NCBI GenBank assembly: GCA_963663405.2
Contig: CAXXSM010000103.1
Coordinates: forward strand, 1 to 55,958
Direction of reading: 5' to 3'
Source: a bacterium
GTDB taxonomy: Bacteria > Hinthialibacterota > Hinthialibacteria > Hinthialibacterales > Hinthialibacteraceae
DNA length: 55,958 bases
The notes beneath the pieces were generated by a model. That model made no database searches and was not told the origin of the DNA. It was given only the letters and a program-made list of their open reading frames with translations. The stretch's first letter is position 1; each line of letters begins with the position of its first letter. The position numbers were made by a program, and so were the translations under genes. This document shows, in pieces, positions 29,695 to 40,102 of the stretch.

Positions 29695-29732
29695 TAGGGA
29701 ATCTGTGTATTTTGAATAGGGAAAATAGGTAT
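29695..29732 (-). promoter_or_regulatory. Tandem direct-repeat operator candidate (22-bp period)
   Basis: TAGGGAATCTGTGTAT...TAGGGAAAATAGGTAT matches 26902-26940. Confidence 0.5.
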
Positions 29733-29967
29733 ACGTTTTACAAATTGCTTAGAAACTGTTCTAAAACGATAATGATAGTAATAACAAATATTCCATTCCA
29801 AAAATGACATAACTTGTTGTTTTATATAGATTAATGTCAATACAAAAGATTGATCCTTGGCTTCGTACGGGGATGCGTAAGCGCTGGAAGAGATCTCAAG
29901 GTTTGACGGTATTATGTGATCAAGACCGATACACCCAAAAAGAAGGCTATTGCTTAAGTGATTGGAT

Positions 29968-31493
29968 TGAGGTGTACCCCATTGTCAAGACAGGAATCAA
30001 GGAAATTTAAAGTAGGTTTTCAACCTCGATTTCGTTCAACTCAAGTCTCCTTATTTGGGATCCGGAAATCATGATGATTCCAGATTCTCATAAAACTTTC
30101 CGATATTATACACTACCAGGAGAAACGGAGATCGGTTCTGCTGTAGAGCAACCGGTCAAGGGATATCCTGGTGCGTGTGCGACGGATTGCCGTCAGGGAG
30201 ACGTATCAGATCATCCCCTTTTTTCGATCATTTCAAGATAATCCAGAGCATTTGCCAATGCCTTAAAAAACTCAAACGCAAAGTTCTTGGACCGTCAAGT
30301 TTTCTAGTGTTCTCTATAAACCTGAAGCGGCGTCTTATATCCCAAGGCTTGGTGTAGACGCTCATTATTGTAGAACTGAAAATAATCCGTTAGTCCGCGC
30401 ACACAATCATTCACCGTTTCGTAACTTTTGATATAGACCTCCTCATATTTCACTGACCGCCATAACCGTTCGACGAAAATATTATCGAACACTCGGCCTC
30501 TTCCATCCATGCTGATGAGAGTCCTCTCTTTCTTCAAGCGACTCGTAAAATCCGTGCTTGTGAATTGAGAGCCTTGGTCACTGTTGAAGATCGTTGGCTT
30601 ATCAATTTCAAAAGCCATCTCCAACGCTTCGAGGCAAAAGTCAACCTCCATCGAAGTGGAGACTTTCCATGACACCACATAACGACTAAACCAGTCTAAG
30701 ATCGCCACCAGGTAAACAAATCCTTGGCGCATACGTATATAGGTGATATCGGTGCTCCACACGTGATTGGGTCTTTCGATTTTCACTCCCTTCAACAGGT
30801 ATGGATATTTCTTATGCTGAACATTTCCGAGGCTCAAACGAGGCTTCGGGTAGATCGTCTCCAAGCCCATCACTCGCATTAAACGACCGATTCGTTTCTT
30901 ATTCACAACCCGTCCTAGAGTTCTCAACCATTTCTGCATTTTCCGAATTCCGTAAAACGGTGTCCGGGTATATTGTTCATCAAGCAGGTTCATCAGCGCT
31001 ACATTTTCGGCTGATTCGCCCACGGGTTGATAATAAAATCCTGAACGAGACAACCCCAGCAATTCACATTGCCTCTTTATTGAAATCTCAGAATTAGTTA
31101 GTTCGATCCAACTTCGTCTTTTCTTAACTGAGCACGTTAGACTTTTTTTTTACCCAATCAAGTTCGACTTTCATTTGCCCAATCTGGCGGTAAAGTTCCG
31201 ACGTCAGTTCTTCGGCTTCCGCTTGACTCTTTTCTTGCTTGCGTGAAAACAAGCCTGGGATTTCTTCCAACAGGCGCTTTTTCCACTGTCGAATCTGGCT
31301 CACATGAATTTTGTAATCGCTCGCTATCTGGGTTAAGGTCTTCTCTCCTTTGATTGCCTCCAGTGCCACTTTGCCTTTGAACGCTCCATCAAAATTTTTT
31401 CGCATTTTCATCATTTGGTTCACCTCTTCTACCTATTGTCGGCTTCGAGGTAACCTACCTTAGATGGCTGTCCGAATTTTGGGGTACAGTATA
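29968..31493 (-). mobile_element. IS3-family element (copy 2)
   Basis: Near-identical to 13023-14548 (one I/V change seen in OrfA); 3-bp TSD GAT. Confidence 0.95.
30304..31423 (-). CDS. IS3 transposase OrfA (31124-31423) + OrfB (30304-~31135)
   Basis: Same motifs as copy 1. Confidence 0.93.
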
Positions 31494-31621
31494 GATTCTT
31501 GATTGTTACAAAGATCTAGCGCTAGTCGAATCCGCTTTTGAAAAGATGTAGGAAGGCTATTTGGAAATGCGGTCGATTTTAGGTCCACAATGGGAAACCA
31601 TCACGGGAAGATGTCTTTTTA

Positions 31622-32296
31622 CTACTCCAACAGTGGTGGTGTAGAATCAGATACCTCATCCAGATCAACATATCCATATAATATAGCTTTTTTGACAAGT
31701 TCGGCGACGTTGTTGCAATCTAATTTATTTTTAATATTTCGTCTGTGTACTTCGACTGTTTTTTCGCTGATAAACAATTCCTTTGAGATATCTATTGAAG
31801 TTTTACCGTTTACCGTGAGTGTGAGTATCTCGCGTTCTCGAGTGGAGAGTTCAACCTTGTTTTTACTACTTGTTATCTTGTTTTTAATACGTTTATGGTT
31901 GTCAATGTTAGAAATTTCTGGACTAATGTAATAATTCCCTTCGGCTATAACACGTATTGCGGATATCACCTCGTTTAGAGCGCTGCTTTTGAGTAGAAAT
32001 CCACTAGCCCCTGTTTTGAAAACTACATCTTTATATTCTGGGTACATTGATAAAATAATGACTTTTACAGTAGGATTGTGTTGAAGAATCATTTTTGTCG
32101 CTTGAATCCCATTCATATTTGGCATTGTAATATCCATTAAAATTACATTTGCCTTAGAATTTTGAACCAAATTGACGGCTTCTTCACCATCGCTTGCTTC
32201 CGCGACAACCTGCATATCGGGTTCTTCATCCAATACATGACGGAGACTTTCGCGTAATACGCTATGGTCATCGACTAACATGATGGAATAATTCAT
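31622..32296 (-). CDS. NarL/FixJ-family response regulator (REC + LuxR HTH)
   Basis: LVDDH, MDITMP, LSTREREIL and ISEKTVEVHRRNI motifs. Confidence 0.93.
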   Translation of the reverse strand: MNYSIMLVDDHSVLRESLRHVLDEEPDMQVVAEASDGEEAVNLVQNSKANVILMDITMPNMNGIQATKMILQHNPTVKVIILSMYPEYKDVVFKTGASGFLLKSSALNEVISAIRVIAEGNYYISPEISNIDNHKRIKNKITSSKNKVELSTREREILTLTVNGKTSIDISKELFISEKTVEVHRRNIKNKLDCNNVAELVKKAILYGYVDLDEVSDSTPPLLE

Positions 32297-35200
32297 TGCT
32301 GTATATTATCTCCTTGTATGGGAAACTGAAATCGAACTTGTGTTCCCAATCCAAGTGTTGATCTGCATTCGAAATGACCACCATAATATTCAACACGTTC
32401 TCGAATACTAAACAAACCAAAATTATGATTATCCCGCTCTAAGGCGCCTAACATACTTTTGTTGAATCCGACGCCATTATCCCGGCAAAAGACCTGAATT
32501 GCGCCTTTTTGGTGGATTATTTCGATCTGCGCCTGAGACGTTTGAGCGTGCTTGATGACATTGTAAAGCAATTCTTTAATGCATTGATAGAGAGTTACTC
32601 GTTCGTCCATGCCAAGTTCAAACGGTTCCCCTTCTTCTACGACTTCAATACACATATTATTTTTTTCGTTTAGATTTTTACAGAGTAGTTCGATTGATTG
32701 AACTAAACCAATATCATGCAACAAAGGAGGACTTAGTTCTACGGTGAGATTTCGAGTTGTATCAATAAGCTGTTTGACAAGAGTTTTCATATCCTCAAGG
32801 TTTTGATAGTGAAAATCGCTCAGTGGTTCTTTCTTTTGCATATAGTCAATTTTCAAATTAAATAGCGTGAGGTTATGACCAATCTCGTGATGAATCTGAG
32901 TCGCCATATCGAGTCGATTCTTCGCTTCTTGGCGGGAATTTTTTGAAGTCATAGCGCGCAGTTTCTGCTGGTAGGATAAAAGTTCTTTCTCTTTCTCTTT
33001 CAATGTGTTTGTTCTTTTAGAGATGATATGTTCTTGACGGAGAAAACGAAGAAGGTGCCAAAGAAGAAGAACTAGAATGATAATGAATGAAGTTAAAACG
33101 ATAAAGAATACTGTTGGTTTTTGATACCAGTATGGATGAACGACGAAATGGAATAAAGCCGGAGTGGGATCTTCATTCCAATTGCGATCTATCGCTTTGA
33201 CTCGAAAAACATGTTTCCCGGGAACCATTCCTGTAGCGGAAACGATTGTTTCGGAACTATATGGAGACCAATCGTTATCGTCAAACCTATAAGAATAGAG
33301 TAGTCGATTTGTTTCTGTATATTTCCATTTATCCATTCCCGTAAATGCGATGCGGACAATACCATCCGGAGCAATATTTTCCGATTGGTTGTTTTCATGA
33401 ATATGGTTGCCTTGATGGATCACATACGTATCTGGACAATCAGGATCGGCAGATTTGTTGTATTGACATACTCCTTTTTTAGTGGACACCCAGAGCCGGC
33501 CTTGGCTATCTTCCAAAATATCATATATCACTTCGCTTTGCAAACCTTCATCAACCGAAAAGGAATGCCAGGAATTCTTTCGATAGCAATATAAACCATT
33601 TCTTGTACAAACCCATATGGCGCCATCTCTAGTTTCAATCATTCTTGTGGAATCAGATAAACCATCTTTCATAAGTGTCCACTGATGATCCTTAAAACGG
33701 TATACCGAATCATGGCTTGCAATCCAATAGGTTCCATCACTCACTTTCAATATTTCGCGGACAGATTTAGAAAAGAGTGGTTTTTTCCCCTCCTTGATCA
33801 AGCATCCATTTCGATACCGATGCAAACCCGATGACGCCCCAATCCATATTTCATTCGGACTTATTTGTTCGATGTCTGATATATCATACTTGCTTATTTT
33901 CCAAATAGCCTTTGAATTGAACTTCTTTTCAGGAAGCGCTTGAAGATTGATTTTGGGTTCAAAATGGTCGACACGATATAATCCAATCTTTGAACCATTA
34001 GAGATCCAAAGACTGGTTTTATTCATTGATCCAAAGCAGGCGGAATTTCTCTTCGCATTTCTTTTTGGGAATAAGATGGAGAATGATTGTGTGGTTGGAT
34101 CGTAAGTTTGAACACCATAAGGGTAGGTAAAATACAGTTTTCCGTTCGGCAATGTTCCCATATTAAGAGCAGGATCTAAAGACCAATCTTTTGAAAATGG
34201 CTGTTTTACCCAGGTGTCTGCTTTTAATATTGCCACGGTTCCATAACAGATAAACCAGATTTGATTAAAGGAATCTTCGAGGATACGACACCCTCCAGTT
34301 GATATTGTCGATAGTTCGTCTACGGAACGCCAAAGTGCGGGCGCATATCGCAGGGTTCCCTGATTCTTATGATATAACCAAAGGGCGTTTTTAGACTTTC
34401 CTATAAACGAAGACCACGTATATTCATCCTTTAACGAATATTGCTTTTGATTCTCTTGTATGGTATGTACAACATTCAAATAAAACGTAACATTGAGGGA
34501 ACTAGATTCATGCAGATCGGGCTCGAATTGGAATTGGTGTCCATCAAACAAAAAAGGATGTCGATTTCCTTTGGCTGCTCTTCCTATTATCGTTCCCTCA
34601 AACAAGAATCCTTGAAAACAGCCTTGATCCGTTTCACGCTCAACAATACAAGGCCCTTTTTGTTTTTCCAAAAGATGTTCTTTCCATTCCTGGTTATTTG
34701 TAAGAATACCGAATCCTGATGTCCCTCCTACTAGAATCGCATCACCAATTCCTTTGGTTAATTGCCAAAATTCACTCAACTGAGTTTCCGCACACCGTTT
34801 GAGAATAGTGAATTCCTGAGTTCGTATATTAAAACGAGCCAAATTTTGATTCTTCGTAATATAAATAATTTGATCTCGGTCTAATGGAATATAAGAGAGT
34901 CCTAGATTCGATTGGGAAATGGGAACTGGTAGAGAATGAACTATCCATTTTCCTTTGATTCCCAGAGTGTCTAAATCGTAAGTTGCGATGACATTCTCAT
35001 CATCCCAATCTGTCGACCAAAAATATTTTTCAGGATATTCCACTTTATAATCCAGTACCGCATACCAAGGCAAGTACCGTTCAACATATCCATCCAGATA
35101 TAAACCTGAACTCATGGTTATGTTTCCCGTAAAATTGATCATTCCAAATTTCGCACTCAAAGTTTTATTTTTCCAAAGACGATAAATTCCTGTTGCCTGC

Positions 35201-35988
35201 GGATTCGATTGAGTAAGTTGCCATACAGGTGGATCTACTTTAGGAACGGGTAACGAAGGCAAAGACTGATAGCGACCTAGCAATTCTTCTTGAGAAAGAG
35301 CGCGATCATGTAGTCGTGTTTCCAATAGAATAATTTCACTGGATCGATTTTCATCAGAATCTCGATAAAGCCCCATAACATAGGAACAGTCGTTTAAATA
35401 ATGGATCGGTCCTGATTGTTCTTGGCAAACATTTTCAAGTTTTCCATTGACATATATTTTTTGAGTAATCCCGTCATAGGTTCCTGCTACATGGTACCAC
35501 TTTCTATTTTCATAAAAGCTTTTGGTGCGTAGGTAAGTTACAAATCCATCTTCAACTCCATGACTAGAAAGGCCGAAATAAAACGATTCTCCTTCATATC
35601 CAAGACACCACCCCCACCCCTTGTGCAAATTCCCTTTATCCTCGAAATAACTAAAAAGGCCATTCATTCGTGTTGTGCCTAAAATACAAAAGGTGACTTC
35701 AATCGTTATTTGATTTTGAGGTAATTCAGAAGGATCTTTAAGACTGGGAATGATAACACCATCTAGGAGATCATCGATTTTCAACGTGTTCATAATTAAT
35801 CCACGACAACCGGATTCCTCATAGAGTTCCATAGGCCCTTCGATAATGGCGTCATGATGACCAGTTAAATCTGGCACTCGATTTCCATCGATATGAGTCT
35901 CGTCAAAGATCCAATGACCGACCAATGAATCACAAAAGGCTTGCGATGATATAATAAGGGAAAAAAACAAAATAAAATGGACAAACAT
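32293..35988 (-). CDS. Membrane sensor histidine kinase: LamG-like + beta-propeller + Y_Y_Y + TM + HisKA_3/HATPase
   Basis: WYHVAGTYDG..QKIYVNG (LamG); ILEDSQGRLWV repeats; YSYRFD...F.VKAID; TM segment; IHHEIGH, ELLYNVIKHA and DNGVGF. Confidence 0.88.
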   Translation of the reverse strand: MFVHFILFFSLIISSQAFCDSLVGHWIFDETHIDGNRVPDLTGHHDAIIEGPMELYEESGCRGLIMNTLKIDDLLDGVIIPSLKDPSELPQNQITIEVTFCILGTTRMNGLFSYFEDKGNLHKGWGWCLGYEGESFYFGLSSHGVEDGFVTYLRTKSFYENRKWYHVAGTYDGITQKIYVNGKLENVCQEQSGPIHYLNDCSYVMGLYRDSDENRSSEIILLETRLHDRALSQEELLGRYQSLPSLPVPKVDPPVWQLTQSNPQATGIYRLWKNKTLSAKFGMINFTGNITMSSGLYLDGYVERYLPWYAVLDYKVEYPEKYFWSTDWDDENVIATYDLDTLGIKGKWIVHSLPVPISQSNLGLSYIPLDRDQIIYITKNQNLARFNIRTQEFTILKRCAETQLSEFWQLTKGIGDAILVGGTSGFGILTNNQEWKEHLLEKQKGPCIVERETDQGCFQGFLFEGTIIGRAAKGNRHPFLFDGHQFQFEPDLHESSSLNVTFYLNVVHTIQENQKQYSLKDEYTWSSFIGKSKNALWLYHKNQGTLRYAPALWRSVDELSTISTGGCRILEDSFNQIWFICYGTVAILKADTWVKQPFSKDWSLDPALNMGTLPNGKLYFTYPYGVQTYDPTTQSFSILFPKRNAKRNSACFGSMNKTSLWISNGSKIGLYRVDHFEPKINLQALPEKKFNSKAIWKISKYDISDIEQISPNEIWIGASSGLHRYRNGCLIKEGKKPLFSKSVREILKVSDGTYWIASHDSVYRFKDHQWTLMKDGLSDSTRMIETRDGAIWVCTRNGLYCYRKNSWHSFSVDEGLQSEVIYDILEDSQGRLWVSTKKGVCQYNKSADPDCPDTYVIHQGNHIHENNQSENIAPDGIVRIAFTGMDKWKYTETNRLLYSYRFDDNDWSPYSSETIVSATGMVPGKHVFRVKAIDRNWNEDPTPALFHFVVHPYWYQKPTVFFIVLTSFIIILVLLLWHLLRFLRQEHIISKRTNTLKEKEKELLSYQQKLRAMTSKNSRQEAKNRLDMATQIHHEIGHNLTLFNLKIDYMQKKEPLSDFHYQNLEDMKTLVKQLIDTTRNLTVELSPPLLHDIGLVQSIELLCKNLNEKNNMCIEVVEEGEPFELGMDERVTLYQCIKELLYNVIKHAQTSQAQIEIIHQKGAIQVFCRDNGVGFNKSMLGALERDNHNFGLFSIRERVEYYGGHFECRSTLGLGTQVRFQFPIQGDNIQQ

Positions 35989-36590
35989 AATTTATTCTAC
36001 TTTTTAGTAACAACGTAAAATGAAGAATCATAATCAAGTTGCTTGATAATTTTATTCTCCCACAAAAAAGAACTTTATGTCAAGCAGTTAAAATGAAGAA
36101 AAGAATGGCTTTTGTATCGGCATTGGAATAATTGCAAATAGCATATTCTAATAACTCGAATTTTAACATATCCATGTGGTTTCCTCTTGAACATTGAGAA
36201 TCGAACCATATGGAACTGTTATGGGGAAATATGAGCATCGCTATTACCTTAGCGATATTGGCTTTATATCATCATACTCTACTTATCCAATCAATAGTCA
36301 TCTATGATACTATTTTGGAACGTGATTCGAATTCTCACAGCAGGCATGTCAAGAATACTGGAAACAAGAGAAATTCAAGATTAAAATTGAGAAAATGTGT
36401 CTATTTCGCTTAATTATCAAATGAAATTGGATTTTTTTCCCATGAAAACGGATGATTTTCCTGGAAGGATAATATGACGCATTCTTGTAAGAGAAAATTG
36501 GATGGAATGAAGAAAATGGGAAAATTTTTTCGGAGTATATGGGAAATTCCAGTCTTTTATACCTTACATTAAACATTGAGGGATTAACCG

Positions 36591-37949
36591 ATGAATGATT
36601 CACACTGGTCGAGAAGACATTTTCTTGAAACAACCGGATTGATGACCGTGTCGGGAGGTGTTTTGGCCGCTTCGCACGAGCAGGCAGAGGTTCAAACCCC
36701 AAGCGCAAAGAAGCAGACAAGTGAAGAATTAATGGATACCGATGTGTTGATCTGTGGGGGTGGACCATCGGGGATGGCGGCGGCAGTGATGGCAGCGCGG
36801 CAAGGAGCCAAAACATTGCTTGTTGAACGCTATGGCCGGTTGGGTGGCATGGCGGTTCATGCGCGGGTTGCGCCCTTGATGGGGCGGTCAGACAGTCCCT
36901 TTGTGCAAGAAGTCTTGAAACGTATTGGTGGTGTGCGCGTTGATCCTGAATACCTTGATTTGCAGTATGCCGATCTGGTCGTAGAAACGGGCGCTGACTT
37001 GTTACTACACAGCTGGGCATGTGAAACCATGGTTGAAAACGATCGTGTAACCGGTGTGCGATTTATCACGAAACAGGGGAAGCTCCGAGTCAATGCGAAA
37101 ATCGTTGTCGATGCGACCGGTGATGGCGATGTCGCTTATGGAGCGGGAGCGGTGTTTGAATTGGGCCGTCCTGAAGATGGACTTTTGCAACCCATGTCAA
37201 TCATGTATACCGTGGCGGGGGTGGATGCAGAAAGCGCCTTGTATTGCAGTGGTGAGCGCCAAGCCAAACAAATAAAGGTCGGTGATAAGACTTGGGAATT
37301 GATCGTTTTGCAGGCACAAAAAGCGGGTGAATTACCCGAGAACGTGGGCGTTGTTCGCACTTATCGTACCAGTCGTCCAGGTGAAGCGGTGATTAACGCG
37401 ACGCAGGTCAACTATGTCGATGGAACAAATATACATGATTTGACTAAAGCCGAACTGGAAGGACGGCGTCAGGCTTATCAAATTCTCAAATTTCTCAAAA
37501 AGCATGGCCCCGGTTATTCAAACGCCTTCATTTCCGGAATGCCCTCAGTGATTGGCGTGCGGGAGACGCGTCGCTTTGTCGGATTGAAATATCTTACGCG
37601 GGAGGATTTGCTTTTGGGACGAAAAACGGATGACGCGGTTGTCCACAATGCTTCTTTTGTGATTGATATTCACAATCCCAATGGAGCGGGTCAAGCCGAA
37701 GGACTGGCGCAGAATGTTAAACCTTACGATATCCCATACGGATGTCTTGTTCCGAAAGAGATAGATGGCTTGCTGCTGGCGGGACGGTGTATCAGCGGCA
37801 GTCACGATGCCCATGCCTCGTATAGGGTGCAACAGATCGCCATGGCGATTGGTTCGGCGGCAGGAGTCGCCGCAGCGGAAACAGTGAAATTGCATGTCCA
37901 GCCGCGTGAAGTGGATGTCGGACGTTTGCAGTCTGTTTTATTCACATAA
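36591..37949 (+). CDS. Tat-exported FAD-dependent oxidoreductase (FAD_oxidored family)
   Basis: SRRHFL twin-arginine signal; GGGPSG; DATGDGD; GVRETRR; IPYGCLVP...LLAGRCIS. Confidence 0.87.
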   Translation: MNDSHWSRRHFLETTGLMTVSGGVLAASHEQAEVQTPSAKKQTSEELMDTDVLICGGGPSGMAAAVMAARQGAKTLLVERYGRLGGMAVHARVAPLMGRSDSPFVQEVLKRIGGVRVDPEYLDLQYADLVVETGADLLLHSWACETMVENDRVTGVRFITKQGKLRVNAKIVVDATGDGDVAYGAGAVFELGRPEDGLLQPMSIMYTVAGVDAESALYCSGERQAKQIKVGDKTWELIVLQAQKAGELPENVGVVRTYRTSRPGEAVINATQVNYVDGTNIHDLTKAELEGRRQAYQILKFLKKHGPGYSNAFISGMPSVIGVRETRRFVGLKYLTREDLLLGRKTDDAVVHNASFVIDIHNPNGAGQAEGLAQNVKPYDIPYGCLVPKEIDGLLLAGRCISGSHDAHASYRVQQIAMAIGSAAGVAAAETVKLHVQPREVDVGRLQSVLFT

Positions 37950-38293
37950 AGGATTTTTTTAGCATTGCGTAGGGCTCAAAGCGACGTATAGCCCACCATG
38001 ATCATCTTCCGATTTGCTCTTACAAATATCAATAACCTGGATTTCCCGAATAGATTGTAAAAGGTAATATGCAGATTGCTTAAAATATCCCATTGGTAGG
38101 GCCTTTAATCCGCACTATGACTGATGAGTGAGAAAATTAAAAATCCAATCAGAATAAAAAATAGGGGAAGTCTCTTCACAGCAACATATCCTCCTGTAGA
38201 GTCCTTTGTAGAGGCTTGATTTTCTATTGTCCCATTTTCTCAAAATATCTTATGGGCATCTACTTTCATCGAAAAGGAACGAAAAATAGGAAT

Positions 38294-39382
38294 ATGTCAA
38301 CTTTATCACATTGTCGAAAACCACGTATCTGGTGTTTAACCCTATTGATTACTTTTATCTCTCTGTCGATATCGGTCACGACGATTGCGGATAACGAGAC
38401 TCCTTATCCTCCCAGTCTGGTGATTCAAAGTATCACTTGGCATAAGGAAACACTCCAGTCAGCAGCACCAGGCAGTGATCTTTGGCCGGTAACTTGGGGA
38501 CCGGACGGTTCTATTTATACTTCATGGGGAGATGGTGGTGGATTCGGCGGGAGCAATTCCGATGGCCGAGTAAGCATGGGATTTGCACGGATTCAAGGTT
38601 TTCCAGAACATTTTGAGGTTATCAATATCAATGGAGGCAAAGACGGCCAACATCCCGCATCGTTTCCGAAAAAAGGAAAAACCGACGGGATCGTTTTCGT
38701 CGATGGAGTGCTTTACGCCTGGTTGAATCAGCAAAATGGAAACTGGCCGAGTGTGAACCAATCATTAATCTGGTCAAACGATTTCGGAGCGACATGGAAT
38801 TACGCTTTATGGTATTGGTCCAAGGGAAAAGGGAACTTTAAGCCAAACACATTTCTTCAGTTTGGCAAAGACTACGCCGGAGCGCGCGACGGTTATATTT
38901 ACTTTTACGGCCGCAATGAAACACCCACAGCCAAAGGCACACATGGTTACATGGGACGTGTTCTTCGAAAGAAACTCAGAACACGAGAGGCCTATGAATT
39001 TTTTGCAGGATTGGATTCCGGGAACAAGCCAATCTGGTCGTCTGACGTAAACGATAGAAAACCACATTTCACTGATCCCGCTGGCGTCGAAGGAATCCAA
39101 GTCATTTACAATACCGGGATCCATCGTTACTTGTTAACAGTGCACCGGGGAGATCAGGGAACATTGGGCATCTTCGATGCGCCCGAGCCATGGGGACCTT
39201 GGACGACAGCCGCTTATTATGACAACTGGTTGAATCTAAAGGGAACCGGTATACGTAGAGAAATGCTGTATATCAATATTCCCACCAGATGGATCTCCGC
39301 CGACGGCAATACTCTTTGGTTCATTTTTTCGGGTGGTCAAGACCGTTTCAATTTGATCCAAGCAACGCTAGTTATGAAATAG
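38294..39382 (+). CDS. Secreted DUF4185-like beta-propeller protein (possible glycoside hydrolase)
   Basis: Signal peptide; GSDLWPVTW..DG..YTSWGDGGGFGG, Asp-box S.DFGATW and DAPEPWGPW. Confidence 0.65.
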   Translation: MSTLSHCRKPRIWCLTLLITFISLSISVTTIADNETPYPPSLVIQSITWHKETLQSAAPGSDLWPVTWGPDGSIYTSWGDGGGFGGSNSDGRVSMGFARIQGFPEHFEVININGGKDGQHPASFPKKGKTDGIVFVDGVLYAWLNQQNGNWPSVNQSLIWSNDFGATWNYALWYWSKGKGNFKPNTFLQFGKDYAGARDGYIYFYGRNETPTAKGTHGYMGRVLRKKLRTREAYEFFAGLDSGNKPIWSSDVNDRKPHFTDPAGVEGIQVIYNTGIHRYLLTVHRGDQGTLGIFDAPEPWGPWTTAAYYDNWLNLKGTGIRREMLYINIPTRWISADGNTLWFIFSGGQDRFNLIQATLVMK

Positions 39383-39468
39383 ACTATTTCAACTCTCTCG
39401 TGGATACGTTCTGCAAGAGTTTATCCATTACTCTTAGGATTTTGATTTCTTCCGGATCAGTGTCAAGA

Positions 39469-40052
39469 TGTCAAGGGAGAATCGGTTCACTGCTAATCGC
39501 TTGACGTTATTAATGTTATATCATATGATCCCCTTTCAATACAGACTCGTAAATGGGAACTCTATGGACGTAATTCATGCAGCAATTCCTTTGATCTTCA
39601 AGGCTCTTATACTATAGACTCGTTGAGTAGGAAGGAATCGGATCCAAAGATTACGTAATTTCTTTGGACAACATGAGGAAAGGGAAGATGAGATTAGATT
39701 TTTACATGATCGATTTTTCCGGTTGGAAACGGAATTGAAAATTTACAGGCTCCAACGAAAGAGAAAAATCAGAAACTACGTGCTGATGGCGGATGAAAAG
39801 CGCCGTTCAAATCCGGTTCGAGAACACTTTCTCTTTTTATTCTTGCCCAAATTTTGCCCAAATTTCTGGTAACAATAGGTAAACAAGGGTAAAAATGGTG
39901 ATATTCAGAAGAAGGAGAATAGCTCATAATGTTTTGAATTTATTTACTTTAATCTACTTATTGTTACCCATAGTTACTTCGCGGGTACGGACTTCGGATC
40001 AGGCGGTTGGGGGTTCGAGTCCCTCCCGGCGCGCTCTGATTTAACTAGACTT
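39469..40052 (+). repeat. Direct repeat block B (homologous to 22137-22721), including a degenerate rve-IS 5' remnant
   Basis: Colinear similarity by eye. Confidence 0.88.
39990..40034 (+). other. tRNA-Arg(UCG) 3' half (att-site remnant, not a full tRNA)
   Basis: GA-CTTCGGA-TCAGG-CGGTT-GGGGG-TTCGAGT-CCCTC-CCGGCGC-G: canonical T-arm, but no D-arm or 5' acceptor strand upstream. Confidence 0.8.
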
Positions 40053-40102
40053 ACGAAAACCTCAACAATATCAAATTCTTATTAGAGAAGTTAGAAGGTT
40101 AT

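Noticed and set aside
36349-37020. 223-aa minus-strand ORF and similar antisense ORFs over transposases and kinases
   Set aside because: These are shadow ORFs opposite well-supported genes, with no recognisable motifs.
39960-40040. Complete tRNA-Arg gene
   Set aside because: There is no 5' acceptor strand or D-arm, and the anticodon stem pairs for only 2 bp; it is an att-type 3' fragment.
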